From positions 77,252,001 to 77,316,000 of the forward strand of contig NC_042999.1 in the NCBI RefSeq assembly GCF_006345805.1: a DNA stretch of 64,000 nt. Reading direction: 5' to 3'. A model generated the notes under the pieces. The model searched no databases, was not told the origin of the DNA, and was given only the letters and a program-made list of their open reading frames with translations. A program made the translations under genes and the position numbers. This document shows positions 51,831 to 64,000 of the stretch, one piece after another; the stretch's first letter is position 1, and each line of letters begins with the position of its first letter. This DNA is from Octopus sinensis. Its lineage: Eukaryota.

Positions 51831-54800
51831 TTACTCCTTTTTCTATACTAATTTTAGTGTGACATTCTGTTGCAGCTACATTTTGACTAACATACTACAC
51901 CTGTCAATCCACATCTCAGCACCTAAACAGTTCCCACATCCTAAATATATAAAGAAAAATAAATTAGTACCAAATATATTGCTTTAATTTTTTTTTTGTG
52001 TAATACTGTGCAACTTTTATCCAAGTTTGTTCTTCCTGTTTCAGGAAATTATTTTCCATATTCCTCAAGATTGTAACTGAATCTGACATCTCTCTTTCAT
52101 CATAATACACCCAAACAGCTATATATTGTGCATGTTTTTTGTTTATCTTGTACTAAAATATAAAAAATAAAAGTGTTCAGTACAACTTTGTTGAACGTGT
52201 GTAGCATCTTATATATGTTAATTCACATGAGATAAACAGGGATAACATTACTCAGTCACTATTTCATTTGGTCACTTGACCTACACTTTCCAGATGCAAT
52301 AAGATGGTTCTAGATGATGTAATCTGTACAGACTATAAGTTGTTCTCCATTATACAGGAGTAGAGAATACTTTTTTAAATTCTTAAGAAAGAATTTGGGC
52401 ATATGTTGGCTAATGAAAATTAATGTGTTCTTTTTTAATTGAAGAAGGATATGTCACAGCTATAAGAAAAAATTTTTTTTCTTTTAAACTTTTGAAGAAG
52501 AAATTTAGAAAATTTTTAAAACAAATATGTGGAAATTTCATTGTGGTCCTTAAAACTGATATTTCAACTTTGGGGGAAAAAAAGAAAACACTTTCTTTAT
52601 CCTGAAATGAATTCATGAACATAACTTTTTTTATCACTGACGTTTGTATTCTTTTTATTATACATTTGCTTAAAACAATTATAAAAATAATAAAGACAGT
52701 AAGAAAAAGGAAAAGAATATTCATGCATTCATTTCACATTAATGAAAGTGGTTTATTTTTCTCTAATGTTGAAATATATGCATAAATACATATACACACA
52801 TACATTCTCGGAGTGCTTGGCATTAGGAAGCACATCCAGCCATAGAAACCTTGCCAAATCAAACTGGAACCTGGTGCAGCCCCCTGGCTTACAAGTTTTC
52901 AGTTAATCCGTCAAACCCATGCCAGCATGGAAAGCAGGCGTTAAACGATGATGATGATACATGTATGCATGCATGCAAACATACATTACATAAATGTGTA
53001 GGTAAAGGCATGGCTATGTGGTTGAGAAGTTTGGTTCTTAACCATATGGTCTGGAGTTCAGTTCTGCTGGGCTAATCAATGCTTTGTGAGTGAATTTAGT
53101 TGACAGAAACTGTACAAAGCCCATGGTATATGTGTGTCTGTGTGTACTTAAAGCTGGACAAGTCAGTACAAGAGAGACATGTAATGAACAGTTACACATT
53201 TATCTTTATCTGTTAACCTCTCTGTTATCTCCTCTTACTACTGTCATTGTTCTTTTTATCTTAAATATATGTATCTTCAGATTTTCTCTGCCTGTGTACA
53301 GTGATAAAATAATCATAGTTGGATTATGTATGTGTAGACATCTTTCATCTAATGTAGTCCTGTTGTCTATGGCAGCGATTCAACATGTGAACATGTAAAT
53401 AAAGTACTTTAATTGAAAAAGCAAGGAAAAGTTGGCTTGTGGAAGGACATCATGCTATAGAATCCTTCCTCAGGAATACTGTTCAACCAAGCTCTATGGA
53501 AAAAGTCAACAGAAGAAACAATTGTGGTGGTGATTAAGATGATATATGCATATATTTTGTTTTGTGGTACAGAAATAACTTTAAAATACACTCTTGTTAT
53601 AGAAATGCATAGTGTAAACCATGTCAGTATACAAGAAAAAAACAGTGTTACATATGACAATCACACATGTATGTACACACATATCTATATGCAAGCATAT
53701 AAATGAATACTTATACACACACTAAGTTACATTCTTCAATAAAGTATATTTCAATTATGAACTTATAACTTTAACTCTCTTTCCTAGTTGTTTCTCGGAT
53801 ACTAATTTAAATTCAGCTAAAAATATTGATGCTGATTTTGTTTTCCCCTACCTGCTATTTTTAAGATTTTAGTGACCTGACTGTATTAATATTGATAATC
53901 AGTTAATGTTATTGCTATTGCAGTGTACTTTGATGTTGTTTATTTTTCTTTTAATGAAATGAACTCAATTTACTTACCAAGTTGTCTTTTGTGATGGACA
54001 TATTTTTACTATTTTACCATATATAAGTGTATACGTGTAGGAGACATGGTGAGAGAAAAACATTACCTTAAAATTAGTTTGACTAAATTAAAGCTAAATG
54101 AAACCCAATAAATTTCAAAATTCCAAATTCTTTGGTTTGCCAGTTTTGTATGCTCTCTCTCTCTCCCCCCCTCTCTCTCTCTCCTCGATATATTATTAAT
54201 GAATGTAACTCATTTGCTCTATTGTAGTTTTTCTATTCTGTAAATTTCCACTGTATATATATATATTGTTTTTTTTCCCCCCACTAAGCTCTTCTTACAT
54301 TTGTATTTTAACCAAGATTTCCTTTTTGTGTGTGTGTTTTGATGATATGGATTAGTTAGCTATCAAATTACTGTTGCATTGTTGTAGACTAAGTCCAGGT
54401 TGTGACATGTTTCTGGCAATATCTATTAATTCTTCCAAATTCTTTTTTATAAGTAACTGCTTTTCTGCCAGTAAAAATATAAATTGCCCAAACCTCTCAG
54501 AGCAACAATTTATTTCCACCCCATCTTTCTTTTCTTCTTAGAATATAAAAACATAGAAGGGAGAAGTGATAATTGTCTCATTCAACTATATAGATTATTT
54601 CATAACCCTCAGTATTTTCCCAGCACTTTAGTTTTTATTTGTTTAGTTTTTCTGCCTATTTATTTATCTATTTTGCATTTCTTCCAGAAAAGTTTAGATA
54701 ATACATGGTGATTTTTATATAAATGCTATTTTAAAAGAGAATAATTTGATAATTTAATGTAGTGCATGTGGATTACAGTGACTAGTTTCACATAGTTAAT

Positions 54801-57800
54801 AGAAATGGCAAGCAATAGATAATGACAAAGTAAAATGCCAATAATATGAGAGGAAGGTTCTGCCAGACATATGTAATACAATGCACAAGAAAAAGTACCC
54901 AACAGTAAACTGTTTGCTATTTTCAAAAACACTTTATTACTTTTTTGGTTTTATAGTTAGTGAGAATGCAAATACATAGAAAGATTGAAATATTGTATGG
55001 AGTATTTGTTTTGTTATGATACCACTTCAATAAAGAAGTTAGCTAAATTATTTTGCATTATTATACCTATTTGTTCATTTATTTATTGCTAACATTGTTT
55101 TGCTTTATTCAATTTTTCCTACCTCTAAATCAAATATAAAGTAAGTGATATGTCTATTATCAATTAGACAGCTTGAGATGAGCAGATCAATATCCTTTGC
55201 ATAGGATCACAACACAAACCAGGAACTTTTTTATACTTGTTTGAGCTGATCAGTATAGCAACTAAATTTCCCTCATCAAATTCTTGTCTTCAAAATGAGG
55301 ACAACAATAGTTGTAAGTTCTAAATCTTTTTGTAACAGGCCTCACTATAAAAACAGAATGGTTGCAGTTGGAATACCAGTTAAGCAATGCTGACTTGGAT
55401 TACTCAACAATGAGATGGTTTCAACAAAACAACTTGTGACCACCTTGTATAATCCAGTGCTTTACCCAACAATAATTATTTATCTGACAGATATTTATAC
55501 ATGCCAAATAGACTGAAGCAAGAAATGTGCACATATTTTATTGTCTGTAGCAAGATTTGAACTTGTGACCTTTGCTTATGGTGTCATATGTATGGCATTT
55601 GAGTGATTTGAATGTTGCACAACTTACCCAAATGTCCTGAATTTGAAATCACATTGAGGAAGACACCTAAGTGTAAAGTACATATTACAACTGGTTCATA
55701 GAAAATATTGAAAATTGTTGTAAAACAGCTAAAACAAAACTGGATTGATTGATTCTTTAAAGAGGCAAAAATATTATGTAATATATCTAGCTGAATCATG
55801 AAATAAAGTGAAGAAATTACCTTCAAGCAGAATGCTATATTAACAATCGAGTTCTAGGTTGTAGACAAGGTAAATTAGCCAGGCAAAATGAAATTAACTA
55901 TGCGTTTGCTTCAAAAAAGAAACTACAAGTACGGTATCCTTTGAAGAGCAAAGATGAAACCATTCATCCAAATAATGACCGTGACAAGTAGATTATAAAG
56001 AGTAAGATATTTTGAAATGGTTATTCATTCTACATACTAATGCCATGTAAACAGTCAGTTGAGTGACTTTATATAATTCAGGTATTCAGCAGTAAATGTT
56101 GAGGATGGAGAATTGAATGCTTAACTAATGACTTGACTGGGTAATAAAACTGCATTGCAGACTATTCTGTTTACCATTGGAGTGTAAGAAGACTTCCTCC
56201 TTCTTTTTCAGCTATGTACCCAAACAAAAATATTGCTAAGAATTATTATCATTGATATGTTTTATACTCACACTCTTTTTCATTCACTTTTACCTTATTG
56301 TTTTAATCAATGTGTAAACCTTATATCTTGTATCATTTGTAGTGACTAAATATTTTAGAATTCCACAGTCAAGCATTTCAATTCTAATTTGCATTACTAA
56401 AGTTAATCGTGCTTTCCCCACCCAACTAGTTTTCTAACGGTAGATTTTACCAGTCAGAATAGAATTTAATTTAGAAAAGTTTTATTGATTGGGCTGTTAA
56501 TATCCTCTCCTGAAATGCCAGTAATATTGTCTCAGAATTATCTGCTATAACTATTATTATGAAATATGTAAGAACCCAGAAACTGATATCCAAATGTGAA
56601 AATACAATGAATAATGAACTAATTAATCTTATTTACCACCATAGGGAAATAGTAAAATGTGGCTTTCATAAAGGTTCTGTAATCAGTGTAGAAATATAAA
56701 TAGCTTGACTAATCGCAGTTCCCTTATTTAACTGAAGGCTCTTATATCTGATATAAAATGATCTATCATATCAGTTTAAACTTGTCAATCTATAATTTTA
56801 TGATATCTCATATACTTTAGATAAAAGAACCAACCTAACATAATTGAAATGTTTGTATGTCTGTGTGCATGTGTGTAAGTGAGAGGGAGAGAGAGAAAGA
56901 GAAATGATTGACTATAATTTTAAGCTTTGTAAATTACTTGGCAAAAGTGTTTATATTTAAAAATCTTTTTTCGTATTTATTTTCCTATATTTTAAATCAA
57001 ATATTTCAAAGCTAGATGCTATTTATGAGAACAAAGTTTGTTATAAAGTTCATGAATTACATTTTTATTGGAAGGTAGATAAATGCAAGTTGAGCAATAT
57101 GCCCTTCACTCAGTGCACAAATGCATCCGCTGTTTCCCTAGATGAACTAAGAACCAGTTACCTTTAATCTTCTGTTATGTTCAGCAAGAGACTTTTTATT
57201 TGATGTCATAGTATATCACTACATTTGAAATATTGGCAAACTTTCAAGCATACTTGGTTATTAGAAATCACATTCTATATGTTGCTCAGTCATTCTTAAC
57301 AACCACTTTACTGTTATTTACATGTCATCTGGAAGCTATCTTCAGATGCTTATAAAATTTGCACACACATTTCTTGGGAGAATAGATTATCTATCCTTTA
57401 TTTAGAAGTTCACATATCAGTAGAATGCTGGATAAGATGTTTTACAATATTTTTTTTTATACACGATGTTGCTATCATCCTTTCAGCCTGTTAAAACTAT
57501 TTGTACTAATCTTGTATTGATTCAATAAACTATAGATCCTGTTCTTTCCAAAAGAAATTTAGGGTAATATAAATCTACTCATCTGGTTACAATGTTGTAG
57601 TTTCTGTACAAAATGTCTAATTATCTCCCTTATACTGTTTCTTTAAATACAGTAAAGTGCTAGGGAAAATAACTGTTGATGATTTGATAAAACATTATAT
57701 AAACGTTATTAGAGACAATTTTTTGCTCAGTATTTTTCGAAAGCTGCGGTCTATTGTTATATATTTCAATTGGGAATACGCAGCCCCTCAAACCACAGAA

Positions 57801-60800
57801 ACAGGCACACACATACACACACGAATACGATCCTTTCCCTTTACAGATATAAAAGTTCTTCTTCATTGACAACTAAATATAGCAAGGCATTTTGTGTGCC
57901 GCTCACCATGTTTATAACCCAATACCTCACACATTTTCATGGACAAAGACATGATTTTATCCATCCGAGTATGTTTTTTTCAAGTGATGTTTTTAAGGTT
58001 GGTTGTCCTATACGTGTCAGCTATATGGTCTATTAAAATCCAATAGCTTGTCATTGTAGAAAAGAATTAGAGCCTCTGTTCTGTTTTAAAAGGGAATTAT
58101 TCTATCTTGATTCTGAAATTTTATAAAATAAAACATTAAATTTTATTTTTTACACTGTCATAGGTTTGGTGTAATAACTCAACTGCATCAGTTCACACTC
58201 ACACACAACTTTCAGATATATTAACTGTAGTTTGTCAAATGAAGTGTCATATCTCAATGTTATGCTGTTAGATGGTCTGCGGTTACATAAACTCATGTAT
58301 TTGGATAATTTATAAGCTCTTTTCTTGGAAACCTATTTTGAACCACTGAAGATATTTGTTGTGTTCTGGTTATTTATTTATGTTTTTTTTTTTTTTAATG
58401 TTATAGATAGAAATGTTTTTGATATTTTTATTTATCAACCAGTAATAACATTATAGAACATTAATTTTGCTAAGCAATGTGTCATCTTGAAATTTCTTAT
58501 AATCTTTGAAAAATAACTTATAATCTTTGAAAAATAACTAGTAAACAGTATAAATGTGTTCTTATTTTGATAAGTGTTCTAATAGTTTTTGTGATCATTC
58601 TGTACCAACGTATCTTAGTAATTGTCAGATTGTACTATATTGATGAGGTCTGATAATACCAAAACATGTCTGAAATTATCACTGTACTGCCTATAATCAT
58701 ACTCATTCCATACTGCATTCCATTTTGAAGTACTTCAAATACAAGGATTATTTCTTTCTCTTGACATGAATTAGTTATTGGGGTAATTTTTTTCTCTTTC
58801 TAGTATAATTTTAATACATTAAAATTTCACTTGCTTTAGAAAATATTAATTTATCTATTTGGCAAATAATTTGTAATGTTCAGTGTACAAAAAAATTTTT
58901 TAATACTTGAGCTTAAAATGGATGTGTATGTTTTAAGAGCAGCTTCTTAAACTTTGCAGTATCATGCAGTTTTGTTTTTGTTTCTTTTTTGTTTTTTCAT
59001 TCTAAAAACTTCCTATGTCAAGCACCTATTTTATTCTTTACGTATTCTTTAAATATTCTCATCTTATTTTTTGGTCTTGACCGTGACTGCACTGATCTCA
59101 TATTTTTCATCTCTCTCATTTGGTATGACCTAGTCTCCATAGTGGTCCTTCTCTTTTGAATGATCATATTGATAATATGCATAAATGTGATATCTTTTCA
59201 GTCACATCCAATTCATACGTAAAAAAAAAAAAGGTCCACATACACACACTCTTTTACTGAAGGTAAGGTATGTGTATATGTGTGTGATTGAATACTTTGG
59301 CATGACCATAACCTGACGGCTGGAATCAGTAACAGAATGCATATTTTCATCATCAGTAGTTTAGTGTTTTTCTAATGCTGACATGAACTGGATACAATAC
59401 AGCATTTCACCATTGAAATTGATCATTTGTGCTTTCATCTGTGAACCCTAGATCTTCATCAGAGGTTACTCTATTTAAAACGTTTGTTCTTACTATGCAT
59501 TTCTATTTCATGCTGCGTACACTGATCAATCACATCACATCTCTCAGTGACTTCTACATTTTCTTTTCCACTATGATAAGTGCAAGTGGACCAGTATCAT
59601 TTTGGACATCTTTTTCTTCTATGACAACACACTACCTTGCAATAAGGTCTTTCATCCTCATAACATTAACAGACATGCTATTTTCAACTTTTTTCAGGAT
59701 ATATATAATTGATATCTTCCTACCTAGTTTCTTGGTATTTCTCTTTCATATCTCATTTCCAAAGCTTCTTGGTGTATTGTTTAGCCCTTATAGTCCTATC
59801 TACTGTATTACTGTTTCATTATGACACCTATTACATGGGAGTATTGCTTCATACAGAGAACAGTAGGTTATCATTTTAAAATGCTTACCAAAATGATGTT
59901 ATCTCACACAGTTTTGGAAATTTTGCCTAACAGAAACATCTTACACCTCTCATTCTTTTATTCATCATTTGTTACCATATCATCCTCATTTTGAACCTAA
60001 ATACTCTTACCACTGAGTTATATTAAGGGACATATGCATCACCAAAGAGCTATATAGATATCACAGCTACCTATCCTTGTTGCCTAATTGGTTCTCATAT
60101 TCACAAATGATACCAACTTGCTGGCTTAAGTACTTATGCTTTATCATTGGCCTGTACAGTTTGTCCCTGACTGTAATTTTCAGTTACTTAATGCACCTAT
60201 ATGTAAATACATGGAGATTGCTAGTGTATGTAGGAAAGCTTCTGTACATTGATAAGTGTTTAGTTGCCTTACATTGTTGAAATGAAATACTTTCATGAAC
60301 AAAACCTGCAATGGACTCAATAGGGCATAAATATCAACTGTTTAATATTATGAAAGCTAGAATAAGTTTCGTTATATCTCATCTGTTACACAGATGTTAA
60401 GAAATACTTTGAATATACAAGAACATATTGTGAAAATCCTTCTTCAAATCACACAAAATTCAACAGTGTAAATGTTCATATATGTGTAAATTGATGTCCT
60501 CATTTCTTTAGATATTATGAGGAAACAAATGAATTTGTTCTAAATGTCAAATTAAGGTATGGGCCAATAGAATTAGTTCACTAGAAATTTTTCAATGGTG
60601 TTGGATCCACATATATAGGCACAAAAAGATTCTGTGTGGATATGTATACTCATATACACCCACTTTTTTTTCTAACTAATTAGATAACATTAAGAAAAAG
60701 CCATGAAATCAAACCCTAAATATTTTCTCATTTATCCCATTCTGTAAATTTCTCTTATTCTGTCGTTCCTTTTTAGACATCCTATTTGTCATTCAAATAA

Positions 60801-62029
60801 CTTAGTGTAACTTTCATATTTATATGTGCATTTTCTTTAATATTAATATTTCCTAAAAACATCTGTTATGATAGCTTATGTCAGTTATTTACGATTGAAC
60901 AGGTTTTTGTAGTTCGTTATATTCATAAAATACATGTGTAAAGCAACATAAATTCTCAATACATACTAAAGTAATACTGAAATTTAAATGTGGGTTATTT
61001 ATTTATGTTTTTCTGTGAAATGGTTTCGTTCTTGTTCTAACCTGAAAGAACTTAACTATTAAATTGTTTCAGTTTCTTTTTCCTTGTGTCAAACTTGGTT
61101 GAGTTCAACGGGGAAATCTGGATATCCTGTAAGTTCACGTAGTACAATAAATATGTTTTGCATTGAGCACACTGATAGCAAACCAGATTAGTTACCTGAC
61201 TTCACTTAACTATTACTTTGAAATTCATAAAATACATACTATTTAATATTAAATCAACTTTATTGTCTCTGCTTTATTTTTTAAAAATCATCTATAGATA
61301 TTGTAATTAAAATACAATATACATTAATATTTTATTCATTACTGTTATCTATATATTGCAACCATATTTTTATCTAGTTTTGGAAATCATGAAAATGACA
61401 GATTATTTAATAGATACTGAACTTGAATTCACTACCTCCTACTTCCTCCACCACTCCCTCGTCCAATAAAATGTTGATTTGTGGGATAAAGTCTACTTCT
61501 CTATTAGAAACAGAAGTTAAGTTTCTGTAGGAGTTCTCAATAGTACAGCGAGTGAATATACCTGTTTTACATAAGTATGTCTAAACGATTTGAGTCATTA
61601 AGGTATGTTGTTAAAAAAAGTTATTTTGTTTTCTTGCATATTTTCATGTCAAAACTAGTCTGATTGACACCATTCGTGTGTCACACATGCAAACAGCTGA
61701 ATAGTATATTGCAGTATCTAGCTGATAGGTAGTGTCTATCGAAAAGTTTTACAAAAAGCAAGTTTTTAATCAATTCACCCTATTTAAAATAATATGTTAG
61801 TCTATCATGTGACAGCCTTCTTGTATAACTCATGTAGATTTAGTTACTATTCATTAATAATATCTGAACTTTATATTGAATCTTTAAGGGATTCAAACTT
61901 GTCAAGTAACAGGAATATCTTATTTCATTAACACTCTTCTCAGTTGTCTTTCAGTTGCTTATTTTTTCAAATTTCCTTGTAGTAATAATTCCTGATAGAT
62001 ATAATAGAACTAATAATAATAATAATTGT

Positions 62030-62230
62030 TTCTAACATTGGCACATAGCCACAAATTTGTGGGAGGGGGCATGTCGATTAAATCAACCCAAGTACTTGAC
62101 CAATATCTTATTTTATCAACCCTTGAAGGATGAAAGGTAAATTTGATCTCAGCAGGATTTGAACTCAAAATGTAAAGTACTGAAAAAAATAGTGTAAGGT
62201 GTTTTGTCCAAAGTTCTATCAATTTTGCCA
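62030..62230 (-). mobile_element. Old family-A SINE
   Basis: TTATCAACCCTTGAAGGATGAAAGGTAAATTTGATCTC...ATTTGAACTCA. Similar copies at about 47040-47160 and 49540-49740. Confidence 0.7.
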
Positions 62231-64000
62231 TATTGTTGTAGTTATTATTTTTATAATATAAGCTTTTTAGCTACTTCCATATGTTAATAACAATAGAAAT
62301 ATGTCTCATCGTCAACATCATCAAGATTTAATACCCTTGTTCCATGCAGACATGGATGGTTTTACTGGGTTTGATGAGTCCAAGGACCTCATCATACTCC
62401 ACTGTCTATTTTGGCATGGTTTCTACAACTGATGCCTTTCCTAACACCAGCCACAATAATGAGGAGATGTCTCTGTGAACCCTCAAAGTACAAAATAAGT
62501 AGAAATGAATGGGAACAGAAGAACTGAAAGTGGGGGATTTGAGTGAGGCAACAGATATTGTAATGATTGAAACACAAGTGCTGAGTGGATGTTTTGAAAA
62601 TCATATGAAAATGACAGGCTATTTAATAGAGGTAGATTAGTGGGTTTTGACCAATGCTGAAGGGATAAAGAGTAGCAGAATAATGATAATGATGATGCAG
62701 TAGACAAGAGAAAGGTGAGAGAGAGACAAATGATTAGTGGTTGGATAGTTTGCCAGTCTGGTGGAGAAACAGGTATTGTGGATAGGTAAAATCAGAGATA
62801 TATGATGGTGCTGAAGGTTTGAGAATTGGAGGCTTTTCAGTTTAAAGAAGAAAGCTTATTTATTATGACTTTGAAATACAGATACTGTGTGTATGTATTC
62901 ATACACCTCCCTTTCATGGATGTCCTGCCGATTCCATTTCAGTGCAGCTCAGCTGTCACTGGCTTTTGAGTTGACACCCAGCTCTCACCTGTGATGCTAC
63001 AAACTATCTGTTTACAGCAATGGGGAATGGTATTGGCAGGCAGGATAAACCATTGAAAATAGCTGATAAGTCTTAAGCTATCACTATACTGAGGAAACCC
63101 AACTATATGTGATCAGATTTTAATGGACAAAAAAGAAATGTCCAACATAGGTGTGGGACATGTATCTCAGAGTACAGTGAGAAATGTAGATTGCCCTGGT
63201 ATAACCTTCAGTTATCTTGGTCTGCTTTACCATTAGTCCAAGAAGTTAGGGACAAGTGAGGTTAGTCATCCAGTGCAGCCTTGCCTCTCTATAATCTAAA
63301 TTCAGAGTCTATAAATTTAAATTCAAGTTGTGATTCAAAATTGCTGGGATCATAAACAGGCAGTGGAACTTATTATAATGCTTGGGACATGATACATGTC
63401 AATGACAATGAAATCCTGTCACAATCCTCTGGTCACCCTTGCAGCTATCTTCTCAGTTGCTGATGCTCTGTAAGAAATGCTGACACCATCTAAGAGGTGA
63501 GGTTTTGGTCATCTTCGAAAATGGATAAACAGAATATCTGTGTGCGCATGTATTAACACATGTTGGAAATAGCGGAAGTTAATTGATTCATAATTTAATT
63601 TATGAGGCTCTTTCTTGTAAACATTGAACTTTAGTATGTTACCATCATTGTGTGAAACTAAGATATTGTACAGAATATGTAGGTATTCTTTAGAATGCTT
63701 AAAACTTTCAGGCAAGGTATATAAAAAAAAATCATTTCATAGGCAATCTGGAGATTATCAAGTTTCTTTTTGGCAGTATGTGAAATCACTAAAATTTTTT
63801 CACTGATTGTCAAGATGCCAAATATAATCTTCAACCACAATCAATCAAAATGAAGAAAATACTTAGCAATATGGTCCACCCAGCTGAGCTGCTGAGCATG
63901 GTGCCACAGTTCAGATTTCCATTCATGTGGACAGTTACAAATGATGTAGAGACACTAGCAATATTTTGGCTGGCATAGGCACAGTTGTGTGGTAAGAAGT

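Noticed and set aside
59429-59824. 131-aa ORF
   Set aside because: No splice or homology support; the opposite strand looks like decayed purine-rich sequence with many stops.
1-64000. tRNA, rRNA, snRNA genes and CRISPR arrays
   Set aside because: None found. The tRNA-like boxes all belong to SINE heads and do not fold into full cloverleaves.

Overview
AT-rich eukaryotic genomic DNA dominated by interspersed repeats and microsatellites. The repeat families look like those of octopus (coleoid cephalopod); this is recognition from memory, not a database result. Almost all ORFs in the supplied track are spurious or are decayed transposon frames. Well supported: five RTE-clade LINE remnants (long ones mostly on the minus strand) plus many RTE-tail/SINE-like copies, a Penelope-like RT+GIY-YIG element (31.1-32.8 kb), an R4/Dong-type RLE LINE (45.1-46.9 kb), a CR1 3' fragment, tRNA-type SINEs (two with exact TSDs), a deleted mariner, a pogo-like MITE and two piggyBac-type MITEs. 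A locally CpG-rich, ETS-motif-containing region at about 6.3-8.2 kb looks like a promoter, and a few phase-compatible plus-strand exon candidates suggest a long-intron host gene that I could not identify. Most interesting: a ~370 bp foldback at 21.05-21.41 kb whose two arms each carry a complete hammerhead ribozyme core; a ~540 bp CpG-rich palindrome at 23.4-24.0 kb; a candidate recursive splice site at 36406/36407; and decayed hammerhead motifs at 30.95 kb and 58.64 kb.
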